From the NCBI RefSeq assembly GCF_006345805.1, contig NC_043021.1, positions 8,804,001-8,868,000 on the forward strand: a stretch of DNA of 64,000 bases, read 5' to 3'. The stretch comes from Octopus sinensis (taxonomy: Eukaryota). The position numbers were made by a program, and so were the translations under genes. Positions 13,245 to 26,192 of the stretch are shown piece after piece; positions within the stretch are counted from its first letter, which is position 1; the number at the start of each line of letters is the position of its first letter. The notes under the pieces are model-generated. The model saw only the letters and a program-made list of their open reading frames with translations, had not been told where the DNA came from and made no database searches.

Positions 13245-14059
13245 GTCTGTTGTTCGTGTCATTACTACTTTTGCAGAGCGTTTGACAAAAAAAATCCAAT
13301 ATTTGTTCAGACATTTTACGGTCTGATTCCAAGTCAGGTCGTGGTCAACTTTGCTACTCATCCCTCTGAGGGTGATAAAATAAAGTACCAGTCATAAACT
13401 AGGTCCTTAAAATCGAATGTTGTCCCCGCTTTACAAATTTCTTGGTCTTGTGCTTATGCTAGATGCTAGTATTATGGTCAAGGTTCTGGCAGAACCTTGA
13501 CAGAAGTGTTAAAACATCTGAAAATGAAAAAGATGCATTCTCTATTTGTGAAGGTTCCTTATGTTCTAAGATCAAATCCACTGAGTTTAGCTTTGCCAGC
13601 CATCTTTCAGGAGCTACGTTATCTAATGCGCCCTGTGTGTGGATTCTAGTTTTAGTAGGTAGAGTTCCACAGTTGACTCAATATTCTGTATCATGCTATT
13701 GCAGATATCCCTGGGGTAAATTATAATGGTAGAGTCATTGGGTAGTGTGTGTGTGTGTGTGTGTAACTTACGAATTTCATAAATCTTTAACAACATCGAG
13801 CATCAGAGAGACTTATAAAAGCCACCACTCGTGACCTCATTTCTCGTTTTACAGTTTGGGAACCAGAAATAGTTGTCATATATAACCTATGTCCGGACTA
13901 TTACATTACATTTGTCACCTGGGTTATTCCAACACTTCATATGTCAACCAATATGTCATTTACAAGTTCTATAAATATATTACATTGCTCTAAAACGTAA
14001 AGCGAATTTGTCCCAGAGGTCCAGTCGATAATTTACAGACAGTGGCCAGAGACTCATCT

Positions 14060-14450
14060 AAATAAAGCATACCAATAAAAAAGAAACCAGATATACTTAT
14101 CTGGTGTGAGCAAAAACGAAAGAACAAATCTTGCTGCGATAATTGTTCCCCATGAATATAACATCGACACGGCCTGGACTCATTAGAATTACCGGTATGA
14201 ACACCTCCTTGAAGAATGTGAAAATGATGGGCGGAAGAGGGCGGAAGAGGGCGGAAGAGGGCGGACTCTCCAATTGAAGTTGATTGTTAATAAGTTTGTA
14301 GGAAGAAGACTGAGCAGGCGGTTATTGATGAGCCTGGCTCATCGCAAAACAAAAACGATCATGAAATATGTCCAAGCCATAGTTGTCAAAGCAAAAGACT
14401 GAATTCGGCTAAAACAAGATGAAAAGAAGTGGACAGAAAAGCAATAAGTT
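14060..14450 (+). pseudogene. Decayed RLE endonuclease region of a HERO/R2-group non-LTR retrotransposon
   Basis: Across frameshifts and stops: PDILIWCEQ...IIVPHEYNIDTAWTH*NYRYEHLLEECENDG...PIEVDC, matching RPD..W..ELTVP.E..K..KY..L..EC..GW..P.EVGCRG; includes 10-bp tandem (GGGCGGAAGA) at 14229-14265. Confidence 0.65.
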
Positions 14451-14626
14451 AAGGACAGTAACCTGCTAATCTAGTAAGTGGAACTTCACATCAGAAAATA
14501 CAGGCCAAAAAAATCCCCAACCCTTGAAAGAAAACTTATGTCTGTTTAATTTTTACTGCGTCTGTTGAACTTTCACCAACCATTTTTTAAAATCATGTGA
14601 CTTTTAACGTGTCACATAAATCGATT

Positions 14627-14809
14627 ACCTATTCCTTTACTACCCAAAAGGGGCTAAACACAGAGGGGACAAGCAAGGACAAACGGATTAAGTCGATTAC
14701 ATCGACCCCAGTGCGTAACTGGTACTTAATTTATCGACCCCCGAAAGGATGAAAGGCAAAGTCGACCTCGGCGGAATTTGAACTCACAACGTAACGGCAG
14801 CCGAAATAC
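14627..14809 (-). mobile_element. SINE family B, headless
   Basis: Core and tail; homology ends at ...CCGAAATAC. Confidence 0.85.
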
Positions 14810-15149
14810 AAATCGACCACCATCGACCCATGACCACCATTTGCCATTTCTACAGTTTATTGCAACCGTTATCGTTGTTTCAAAAACCACACAATTTCAA
14901 TAACTGAAACATTGCAATAACCCCACCTCCCACCTCTCTCTCTCGCTCTCTCTCTTGCTTTCACTCCTGTCTGAATTTCCACAGATCGATATTGTTCGAA
15001 ATTTAAAAATTAATTTCAAACTACAAGCTACAAATTTCTATTTTAGATTTTACTCTTCTGTCACCAATAGAATTCCACGACCATCTTTTTTCTATGCTTC
15101 GTTGGTTTTTTTCTGTTAGGGATGAATACACATGTTGTATGTGCATGCA

Positions 15150-15185
<36 letters not shown>

Positions 15186-15190
<5 letters not shown>

Positions 15191-15330
15191 CGCAGGAGTG
15201 GCTATGTAGTATGTAGCTTGCTTACCAACCACATGGTTCTGGGTTCAGTCCCACTGCGTGGCACTTTGGGCAAGTGTCTTCTACTATAGCCTCGAGCCGA
15301 CCAAATGCTTGTCGTATATATATATATATA

Positions 15331-15370
<40 letters not shown>

Positions 15371-15575
15371 TGTGTCTGTGTTTGTCCCCCCCAACATCGC
15401 TTGACAACCGATGCTGGTTTATGTCCCCGTCACCTAGCGGTTTGGCAAGAGAGGCCGATAGACTAAGTACTAGGCTTAGAAAGAATAAGTCTTGGGGTCG
15501 ATTTGCTCGACTGAAGGCGGTGCTCCAGCGTGGCCGCAGTCATATGAGTGAAACAAATAAAAGAATTAAAGAATA
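15186..15575 (+). mobile_element. SINE family A
   Basis: Head, body with short deletion, (TA)(TG)n, 3' half. Confidence 0.88.
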
Positions 15576-15630
15576 TATATATATATACTTTATTTAAAGC
15601 AGCAGAAAATTCAACAAAACCTGTCACTCT

Positions 15631-15683
15631 GAGTTTCACGTCGTCGTTCGTCGGACTGTCCGACGAACGGCAACGTGAAACTC
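15631..15683. repeat. 25-bp inverted repeat containing a hammerhead-like core
   Basis: GAGTTTCACGTCGTCGTTCGTCGGA-ctg-TCCGACGAACGGCAACGTGAAACTC; 2 mismatches. Confidence 0.85.
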
Positions 15684-16149
15684 ATATTACTCTACCACTG
15701 GTATTTGAGTACTCTTTTTTCCACCTTGTTTCACATTTGTGTTTACTCCGGTATATATATATATATACATACATATGCAATTGTGAGTAGCCAAAGGCGT
15801 TTTAATAAAACATGTTCACACTGCATATTAATGCTTGATTCTTTGTGGCCTTACCATGTACTCCTTATATATTCATGCGTATGTGCGTGTGTACGTGTAT
15901 GTGTATGTATGTTTGACTCTTTGTCATAGCGCGAAGCGAGAAGCAATGATGGTGTCAAATAAACACCATAAACTGAGAGGTGGAAAATAATATGCGTGAA
16001 TGAGTTAAATAGACAAGCGATAGATGATGTTGTGTTGTTTAAGCGGACAACCCGCAGGTGTTTTTTTTTCCCCAATGTATAAAAAGCCATAGGAGTGACA
16101 GTATTAATGAGTGAAGCATAAGAAGTATATAAACAACTGTAAGCGCAGC

Positions 16150-17170
16150 TAATGGCAAAATCAAAGCAAAACTTTGCCTTCTATAATAATATACAATTGC
16201 ATGGCAGCCTATCTGTAACGCATTTCCTCCTGGCAAAGAACTCTTTGTCGGTTCGCTTAAGGAAATACAAAGCCTTCATAATAGAGTCTGCAAATGAAGA
16301 AAGTATTAATGTCATTAGCACTTCGTTTCGCGTTTCTAAGCTGTGCTCAAGTAATTTCATTGATAACAAGAGACATTTTAGCACTCGTGGGACATAGGAA
16401 TGGCGTTTTGTCCGGGCAAGTGATCAGATTTGTTAGCCAAACAATAAAAGATTGTCGACCATGGAAGATATATATGGATATCAATAGTCTGGGTATCTTC
16501 TCTATCATCATTGATGAATTTTACGAATACCTCGAAATCGACGGTATAGCACGCCGGGCGAAATTCTTAGCGGTATTTCGTCTGCCGCTACGTTCTGAGT
16601 TCAAATTCTGCCGAGGTCGACTTTGCCTTTCATCCTTTCGAGGTCGATTAAATAAGTACCAATTACGCACTGGGGTCGATATAAATCGACTTAATCCGTT
16701 TGTCTGTCCTTGTTTGTCCCTTCTGTGTTTAGCCCCTTGTGGGTAGTAAAGAAATATGTAACATTGCATATGTTGGTGCTGTGAATAGAACTAGAGTGAC
16801 AAAGAAATATTTCAAAAGACTTCGGAGGTATAGAATCGGAAGTATCATCATTCAATAAAACTATATCCCACAGTACCAATGCTAATCCCCAAATTTTGTC
16901 TTCAATACCGCAGAAAGGATTATCTTGACACCATATCAAATGTGTACCAGAACCAGAAAGTATCCTTATTTTTAGCCATAAAGAAGACTGGTGGAACATT
17001 CCAGAAAAAAAACCAGCAAACCTTTTGTAAGTACAAGCCAGGTAATCTTGAACGGGACAGAGAGCAAAAGCGGTACTCAATTACTCGGTGGGTTTGAATG
17101 TTTCATCAAAAATTGGAGTAATGTAGAAAATCAATGGAGAACTGAGGAACCTATGAATCTTACACCCAGG
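16150..17170 (+). pseudogene. Decayed hAT-like transposase fragment interrupted by SINE B
   Basis: FLLAKNSLSVR, VIRFVSQTIKD...DINSLGIFSIIIDE and after the SINE AYVGAVN resemble hAT FLAK..LAFRG, FSI..DE and YDGA motifs. Confidence 0.45.
16547..16756 (+). mobile_element. SINE family B, slightly 5'-truncated
   Basis: TAGCACGCCGGGCGAAA...GGGTAGTAAAGAAATA. Confidence 0.9.
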
Positions 17171-17489
17171 TTATAGATTTTCCTTTCTACATATCATTGT
17201 AGGGGCAGTGGGTTGCGTAACGACAGAGCTAAATAGTAAAAGATTTGTAAAACCCTACAGATTCTATATTTGAAGTTCTTAGCTGAATAAATGCACACAA
17301 TCACACATACATATAGAATAGACACACATGAACAATAATAAAGCACACATGCAGAACACACACACAAACAAACACAAACACATACATACACACGCGCACA
17401 CCAACCAATTCGTATAACTACAAATTGCAAGAACTGTCCTGGCTTAAAATCATCTTGGCTTTCATTGCGCATAGAAAAAAACTATAATG

Positions 17490-17800
17490 AATTTCAAATA
17501 CATACATACATACATGCATACACACATACATACATACATACATACATACATACATACATGCATGCATGCATGCATGCATACATACATACATACATACATA
17601 CATACATACATACATACATGCATACATGCATGCATGCATACATACATACATACATACATACATACATACATACATACATACATACATACATACATACATA
17701 CATACATGCATGCATGCATGCATACATACATACATACATACATACATACATACATACATACATACATACATGCATACATACATACATACATACATATGTG
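17490..17800. repeat. (TACA)n with (TGCA)n interruptions
   Basis: Direct reading. Confidence 0.95.
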
Positions 17801-18499
17801 TGTACGTACGTACATGCATATAATCGGATAACATCCCGTAGTATGTGTTAAAAATACGTAATACAATGACTATTCTGTTTTTCTTTCGACTAAACCAGTA
17901 TCAAACAGACGACATAGTAATGTGTGTATATGAACGTCGCGTAACTTTGAGTCTTTTGTTGAAAAATACAGAAAATTGCCAGAAAGTATTTTCTGTTGAC
18001 ACATTTCCCAACAGACTCGACCAGAAGTAATAAGTAAAAGGACATTTTAGAAAGCAATCTTGAGACTCATCAGATAAATTACTTTACAACAAAGAAAATA
18101 TTAAATAAATTATATCGGATTTTTTCCGAAAGACTTAACATTTTAACAATGACAGAAGTGTTAAAAAAGCTGTGGTTGTGGCAAAACTGTAACCGTCGTT
18201 CATTATCTGACGCATTATGCATATTTATCTGCCGGACAGAACGTTGGTTAAACTGCGACGCAGAAAATGACTTTTGAGGAAGAAATATGTCTCCACAACT
18301 ACAAGTTTGTCTCCTGATAATCAGATTCATTTTTCTTTACAAGAAAAAGCAAAAGAAAACAAGGCAAAGTTGTAGTTTTACCTTATATTTCTATATTTCC
18401 GGGTTATGCCACTTTCTCAGGGCTTGTGGAAAAACAAGAGATGGGAAAGGTCGTTAGTCAAACGTGTGGGGAGGTAGAAGGAGGAAGGTGACATGTGCA

Positions 18500-18790
18500 G
18501 GCAGGTGTTACTATAGTAACCAGTCTACTTCATGTAGTTCTTGCCTGTTGTTTATGGCTGATCTGAGTTTATTGATAAGAATGGCCTCCATGATCCTGAG
18601 ATTACCTCTGTTGCGTTGAGTTGCCCTGATGGACACCTTGAAATCCTGGGCCTGGTTCTTCTTTAGGTGTTTTTTTTATTGAAGTGCCTGTGCATATATG
18701 TTCTTTTATCCGAACGTACAATCTCCTGGCGGTGCTCCCAATACAGGATGCCCCACATTAAATGCAGACTACCTCGTATAGCACAGAGGC
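18500..18790 (-). pseudogene. Penelope-like element GIY-YIG endonuclease remnant
   Basis: Minus: CI*CGASCIGSTARRLYVRIKEH, frameshift, HLKKNQAQDFKVSIRATQRNRGNLRIMEAILIN, frameshift, KLRSAINNRQEL; fits PLE C..C...YIG.T.R....R..EH...F.I....EA..I..P.IN...E. Confidence 0.8.
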
Positions 18791-20314
18791 CCCCCGATCA
18801 CGTTTTGACCGAAGAGACAGACTCGTCCGATTATCCTCCAGATCAGACAAGTTAATATGTCCTTGTCAAAGACTAGAGTTTCCTCAACAACGACATCGCT
18901 CTTACACACCATTGCAGTATAGACGCGCGTACATTGTAGATGTGAGTACACTGTAGATGTGAGTACGCATATAACACGCATCATTAAATGTATCTATACT
19001 GGAGATGTGAGTACCTAATCGATTTGTCTTTTGTGTAAATATGAGCAAAGTATAGGAGTACATTGTAAATAAAAGTACACTGCAGATGCGAATAAAACCT
19101 TTGCTTCATTTATCAAGAGGTGAATTTATTTTTCAGTTCGGTGAGAAAATAACGTTAAAAATTAAATGGAGGAAATTGTTTAAATAATAAAGGAAGGCAA
19201 ATATTACACATATTTTCACTATGTATTTATCTATCTTGCTTTCTCTCTCATTTTACTAATAAGATACCATCCCGTCTTCTAATCCCCCCCTAAATCCCGC
19301 TTTCTCTTTCTTTTCACTACTTCCATTCTCTCATCTCCTTTCTATGCCCTCTTTTATTCCCTCTATCATTCATTCATTCTTTCTTTCAATATCTACCTCC
19401 TCCAGTTATAACATAATTTCCTCCAATACCACCAGTCACCATTTTACTTCGCTGCTTTATTTACTTCCCCCACCCCGTCACTTTCTCTGTCCTTTTTCTC
19501 TCCACCATTTTGACTTCTTTAACTTAAATATCTTTCATCTAATTTTCCAATCAATTTCTCCCCACTCTCGAACTGTTTCCCCTCCCCTATGTTTTCCTTA
19601 TTACAAAGCAGGCAAAAAGGAAGGTTTGATAAGATAAAAGAAAAAAGAGCTCGACCAACTGGAAACTGAATAAACAATAACCAATTTACTTTGTCCACAT
19701 ACATTTCTGAGATGAAATCCTCACAAATTAGAAAGTGACACAATTGCAGAAAATACAATTTCAGCTGGCCCTGTCAGAAAGGAAAAAAAATCTCCTGCAA
19801 TTGGTTGTATTTACACAATATAAAAACAATTCTATTTGGCTTGAAGTAATATCAGGTTGATGTCACTGTGGTTGTTTTCTGTGTGACTTTGCTTCACTGG
19901 AAGTAAACAGTGGCATTTCTAATCTTCTCATTTTTCGATTTTTGTCAGGAAGCAAAACGAAACCAAACTCAAGCTTACCATTAAACAATAGCATAATTTT
20001 GCGGAGCAATGAAGTAAACCTCCAGAGTAATTCAGGACAAATCATAGCAAGACAGAACATTTACCGTAGTAAAGCCTCGGTAAATAAATTCTACAAAACG
20101 AGTTCAATCTTCAATATTTTCAGTTTTTACGGTTTTCTTCTTCACCAGAAAGTTTAAAGATAATTTCTAATTAACGTTATTGCAAAATATTATTGACTAT
20201 AAAAGCCTGAAACTTGGATGGAAGCCACGAGAAGTCCTAGATCAGCTCTAATCAAAAAGGCTTGTGTCAAATGTGTTCCAGCCATGACCATCCAACCTAA
20301 CCTCTAAGGCAATA

Positions 20315-20606
20315 TTATCTGATAAGGAGGTTTGTGGTATAAACCACTCAAGTCTCATTCACAAAGACCTTACGTATCAATGTTACTTCTTAAGATCGGT
20401 TACACCATGTGACACTAATGAGGTTTAGTAAAACCGAAACATGTCAGAAGTTGTCGCAACATCAGACTCACTTCTTACTGCATTCAATATTTAATTGATT
20501 AAAATCTCGGGGTTGTCGCTTAAATAATGATTCTTCTCATTGTTACATGATTTTATCACTCAAAACATCTCGGTTTATTATATCATGTTAGCACCCAATA
20601 TATCTT
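20315..20606 (+). repeat. Left arm of long inverted repeat (partner 22511-22836)
   Basis: e.g. CACTAATGAGGTTTAGTAAAACCGAAACATGTCAGAAGTTGTCGCAACATCAGACTCAC is reverse-complemented near 22680-22740. Confidence 0.9.
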
Positions 20607-21212
20607 AGAGATTTGGATTAAATTTCTAACAAGACTATGTAGAGGATACTTCGCTGTCTTGTATTATTGTTGTGGCTATTGTTGTTGTTGTTGTCGTTGT
20701 TGTTATGGATGTTGTGTAATACAAGCACATGTATATAATGTAAGAAATAACAAGAGACGCCTTTAAAAAATTGATTGCCTGTACTCGGCAGAAGAATGTG
20801 TTCGGCAAGAAATGGCTGATTTTGTCTACTTGAATATAGTATTACCTTTCATTTCACTGGCTCCCAAATGACTGGAAGACAAATTCAATCAACCCTAACG
20901 AAATTGGAAGTTGTAAACGAAAGGGCCGAACCTCAATACCGGATAACTACGAAATGTGTGATAAGATTCGGTCAAATTGAAATACCTGATTGATTATCGA
21001 TCCCATAATGTTCTGTGGGTATATAGATGTCGGATCTCATGTGACTTAGATATAAACTTCCATTATTTCACATGGTTACACATGAGATATATCTTCATGG
21101 TTAAACCCTTTTCAATACCTCAACACTTCTCGTCACTCCCCTAATTACTGTCGTCTGCTATTGCTAAATACGTCTTTATCCAGTCTCTTCCATGTCTATA
21201 GTTACTTTCCCC

Positions 21213-21391
21213 ATAGGCACAGGAGTGGCTGTGTGGTAAGTAGCTTGCTTACCAACCACATGGTTCCGGGTTCAGTCCCACTGCGTGGCATCTTGGGCAA
21301 GTGTCTTCTGCTATAGCCCCGGGCCGACCAATGCCTCGTGAGTGGATTTGGTAGACGGAAACTGAAAGAAGCCTGTCGTATATATGTATAC

Positions 21392-21424
<33 letters not shown>

Positions 21425-21662
21425 GTGTGTGTGTGTGTGTTTGTGTGTTTGTGTGTCTGTGTTTGTCCCCCCTAGCATTGCTTGACAACCGATGCTGGTG
21501 TGTTTACGTCCCCGTCAGTTAGCGGTTGGCCAAAAGATAACCGATAGAATAAGTACTGGGCTTACAAAGAATAAGTACCGGGGTCGATTTGCTCGACTAA
21601 AGGCGGTGCTCCAGCATGGCCGCAGTCAAATGACTGAAACAAGTAAAAGAGTAAAAGAGTAT
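21213..21662 (+). mobile_element. SINE family A, full length
   Basis: Complete head, body, microsatellite and (AAAAGAGT)2 tail. Confidence 0.92.
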
Positions 21663-22246
21663 AGACTATCGTTGATTCAGTTCTTAACGTGATGTCATTT
21701 CTTCTCTCTGTCGTACCTTCATGGTCCCGTTTAATCTACGCCTCGCCTTTACACACAGTCTATCTAATAATCACTTGAATTCAAGTGTATACGTGTGTGT
21801 ATATACTTCTTATATACTCAAACTACTAAAAGCAAAGCAAGAAATATTATAATATTTATGCAACCTACAGGCATATTTAATACCTTAAATTGATCCCTTC
21901 AGCAGAAAACGAAAAGATATCGTTTAAAGATTGCCATGGCCTCTCATTTTTACTTCGCAGAGACCACGGACATCGAAAACACACGTTGCTTTGACATGGA
22001 ACAACTTTGAGTATTTTTCTTAATTTTTATATTAATCTGTAATTAGCCTTAGAGCTTTGTATATTCTATATTCTTTGTACTACACAGAGTATTCTCTTTT
22101 ATTTATCAGATTTGAAAATTGCTTCGAAATATATATTACTAAATTTCAATATTTCCACACAGATAGAAGTGATTGCCCCATACAAGTTAAAACATTCCGT
22201 ATTCTCGTTCTTAAAGTTTTCTAGAATAAACAGTATTCAGTAAAAA

Positions 22247-22477
22247 GGCGGCGAGCTGGCAGAAACGTTAGCACGCCGGGCGAAGTGTGTCACCATATTT
22301 CGTCTGTCGCTACGTTCTGAGTTCAAATTCCGCCGAGGTCGACTTTGCCTTTCATCCTTTCGGGGTCGATAAATTAAGTACCAATTACGCACTGGGGTCG
22401 ATGTAATCGGCTTAATCTGTTTGTCTGTCCTTGTTTGTCCCCTCTGTGTTTAGCCCCTTGTGGGTAGTAAAGAAATA
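22247..22477 (+). mobile_element. SINE family B, full length with TSD
   Basis: GGCGGCGAGCTGGCAG head, GAGTTCAAATTCC B box; TATTCAGTAA on both flanks. Confidence 0.92.
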
Positions 22478-22510
22478 AATATTCAGTAAGATAATGATTA
22501 TCTTCTCTAC

Positions 22511-22836
22511 AAGAATATATTGGGTGCTAACATACTTGATATAATAAACCGAGATGTTTTGGGTGATAAAATCATGTAACAATGAGAAAAATCATTATTT
22601 AAATCCCGAATTCTAGTTTACAAAGGGACAGGAGACGAACCTGAGATTTTAATTAAGTAAATACTGAATGCAGTAAGAAGTGAGTCTGATGTTGCGACAA
22701 CTTCTGACATGTTTCGGCTTTACTAAACCTCATTAGTGTCTCGTGGTGTAACCGATCTTAAAAAGTAACATTGATACGTAAGGTATTTGTGAATGAGACT
22801 TGAGTGGTTTATACTACAGACCTGCTTATCAGATAA
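22511..22836 (-). repeat. Right arm of long inverted repeat (partner 20315-20606)
   Basis: Reverse complement of 20315-20606 with a short indel. Confidence 0.9.
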
Positions 22837-23487
22837 AACTTCGTGAAAATATTGTTTTCATTACTCTGATACCAATTAATGACAGGTAACTATTTCACTT
22901 CCTGGCAGTTCCTGTCATATTACGTAGTCAGGATCGTATGTGACATTTGGAAAGAACATATCTTTGTTTTCATTATAGTTTTTGCTTTTATATAAAACTT
23001 AGTTTAGTTGTGATGACGTTATTAGCAAGCCATATATATTTCTCATTATAAAGATTGTTGATTGAGGTGCAGAGAAAGAAAGAGAGATAGAGAGAGAGAT
23101 TATATTGAGGTGTTTAGAAGACGTGACTTTCTCTGACGTACAGAAGCCATATTTAGGACCCAAGATTTCAATATGTTACGTTGTTGAGAAGTTTAAAATT
23201 ACAGGGTTACTAATATTAATATCTAATATTTTCACATCTGTACTTCTTACTTCCGTCAGTATGAACGACCTGCTTCTGTGTATGCCACTAACACAATGCA
23301 TTGCTATTTTTAAATGACCGTCGATACCATGTCATCCCTGCAGAAGTGCATAGAAGCGTGCGTCTGTGAGTGTGTTCATGCGTACATATATGTATACGTG
23401 AGCGTGCATACATGTGTGTGTATGCGTGATGCTTGTATGTATGTATGTATGTATGTATGTATGTATGTTTGTAAGTATGTATGTATG

Positions 23488-23537
<50 letters not shown>

Positions 23538-23561
23538 GTGTGTGTGTGTGTGTGTGTGTGT

Positions 23562-23866
23562 GGAGGCGCAATGGCCCAGTGGTTAGGGCATGCGAATTCG
23601 CGGTCGGAGGATCGTGGTTTCGATTCCCAGACCGGCTGTTGTGTGTGTTTATTGAGCGAAAACACCTAAAGCTCCACGAGGCTCCGGCAGGTGGTGGTTG
23701 TGACCCCTGTTATACTCTTTCGCCACAACTTTCTCTCACTCTCTCTTCCTGTTTCTTGAGTAACGCTGCGATGGACTGGCGTCCCGTCCAGCTGGGGGGA
23801 ACACATATGCCACAGAATCCGGGAAATCGGGCCCATGTGCCTGGCTAGGCTTGAAAAGGGCGACGT
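23562..23866 (+). mobile_element. SINE family E, full length
   Basis: Family C head and 5' body, then GCTGCGATGGACTGGCGTCCCGTCCAG and a distinct tail. Confidence 0.88.
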
Positions 23867-24141
23867 TTTATATATATATATATATATCAAGGTCTCTCCC
23901 GTCGTTAGACGATGTAGAGGGTTCGGCAATTTCATGCCGAACAAACACAGATGATTCGTTTATAGTGATCAGATGTTTGTGTTCACATAAGCTTTACTCC
24001 CTCCATTGATTCGGCAAAAGCTACCAATAGAATAAGTACCAGACTTTACAAAAAATAACAATAATAAGTACTGGGATAGATAAGTGCGACTAAAATTCAA
24101 GGTCGTACCCCAGCTTGGCCGCAGTATGACGACTCAAACAA

Positions 24142-24372
24142 GCGGAGAGCTGGCAGAAACGTTAGCACGCCGGGCGAAATGCTTAACGGTATTTCGCTTG
24201 TCGTTACGTTGTGAGTTCAAATTCCGCCGAGGTTGACTTTGCCTTTCATCCTTTCGGGGTCGATAAATTAAGTACCAGTTACGCACTGGGGTCGATGTAA
24301 TCGACTTAATACCTATGTCTGTCCTTGTTTGTCCCCTCTATGTTTAGCCCCTTGTGGGTAATAAAGAAATAG
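24142..24372 (+). mobile_element. SINE family B inserted in an old family A tail, about 20-bp TSD
   Basis: GTATGACGACT(C/G)AAACAAGC on both sides. Confidence 0.88.
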
Positions 24373-24437
24373 GTATGACGACTGAAACAAGCAAAGAATA
24401 AAAAATAATTAGCAAAATACGAACCTAAACTTAACAC

Positions 24438-24650
24438 ACATGAGAGGGTGCTGAAAAATTCCTGGCGTTGAGGGTATCGCGAAAGGCCTGGTTGGAACCC
24501 CAACTTTCCAAGTTCTTTTACAGGGCTTAGAAAAACTAAAGAACCGCAGCACTAAGTACATCAATCTGAGAGGAGTTTATGTTGAATAAAATCATAATTA
24601 ATTGATCCTCCCGTATTTTGTTTTACCTAAAGCCAGGATCTTTTCAGCAA
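24438..24650 (+). mobile_element. Mariner-derived MITE, right TIR interrupted by SINE C
   Basis: TIRs GGGTGCTGAAAAATTCCTGGC / GCCAGGATCTTTTCAGCA; encodes mariner C-terminus LQGLEKLKNRSTKYINLRGVYVE*. Confidence 0.75.
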
Positions 24651-25022
24651 GCCCAGTGGTTAGGGCAGCGGACTCGAGGTCGTAGGATCGCGGTTTCGAT
24701 TCCCAGACCGGGCGTTGTGAGTGTTTATTGAGCGAAAACACCTAAAAAGCTCCACGAGGCTCCGGCAGGGGATGGTGGTGATCCCTACTGTACTCTTTCA
24801 CCACAACTTTCTCTCACTCTTACTTCCTGTTTCTGTTGTGCCTGTATTTCAAAGGGCCGGCCTTGTCACTCTCTGTGTCACGCTGAATATCCCCGAGAAC
24901 TACGTTAAGGGTACACGTGTCTGTTGAGTGCTCAGCCACTTACACGTTAATTTCACGAGCAGGCTGTTCCGTTGATCGGATCAACCGGAACCCTCGTCGT
25001 CGTAACCGACGGAGTACTTCCA
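24651..25022 (+). mobile_element. SINE family C, 5'-truncated
   Basis: Begins GCCCAGTGGTTAGGGCAGCGG; full body and tail. Confidence 0.9.
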
Positions 25023-25267
25023 TCCATATATCTCACATGTAAAAAATTATATCATATGATGGAATCTATCAAGATTTACTGTTGCATAATTTGATTGCAA
25101 CGTTGATTATCGTCTTAATTATAAAGTATTCTCAAGAACCTAAGCTGCCTACTGCAAAACACGTGAACTACACACTATTACAACAGTTTAATTTGGAAAT
25201 GAGATTGTGAAGTTCTGGAACCCTCAGCTTGAAGACTTGACGAAACGTATTGTTCCATATCGAATGA

Positions 25268-25645
25268 ACTCTTTTACTTGTTTCAGGTCATTTGACTGTG
25301 GCCACGCTGGAGCACCGCCTTTAGTCGAGCAAATCGACCCCAGGACTTATTCTTTGTAAGCCTAGTACTTATTCTATCGGTCTCTTTTGCCGAAATGCTA
25401 AGCTACGGGGACGTAAACACACCAGACACAAAAACATATACACATACACATACATATACCTATATATATATATATATCTATATGACGGGCTTCTTACAGT
25501 TTCCGCCTACCAAATCCACTCAGAAGGCATTAGTCGGCTCGAGGCTATAGTAGAAGACACTTGCCCAAGGTGCCATGCAGTGGGACTGAACCCGGAACCA
25601 CGTGGTTGGTAAGCAAGCTACTTACCACACGGCCACTCCTACGCC
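25268..25645 (-). mobile_element. SINE family A
   Basis: Reverse complement of family A with deletion in 3' half. Confidence 0.88.
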
Positions 25646-25764
25646 GAATGAAGAAATATAAAATATCTCTCATAAATCTTATAAAATTTGAGGAGAGTCG
25701 TGTTTTTACTGCAAATTACTCGAAAGGAAAGCTGTTCTCTGTTTACACAAATGTGCGCGCATGT

Positions 25765-25803
<39 letters not shown>

Positions 25804-25949
25804 AACGCGTGTGTGTGCGCGTGCGTGTTCATGTACATATGTACAAATATCATATTAAGTTAGACATGGGCAATAAAATTCGGAACATACACACACGCAT
25901 ACACACATACATACATACATATATACATGCATATATACATACATACATT

Positions 25950-26113
25950 GGTGCAGGCATGGCTGTGTCGTTAACAGTCTCCAGTTTTGCAATTATGTGG
26001 TTTCGCATTCAACTCCTCTACGCGGCACCCTAGGCAAGTGTCTTCTGCTATAGCCTCAGGCCGTCCATTGGCTTGTGCGTGAATCTGGCAAACGGAAACT
26101 GTGTGAAACCCGT

Positions 26114-26146
<33 letters not shown>

Positions 26147-26160
26147 ACACACACACACAT

Positions 26161-26192
<32 letters not shown>

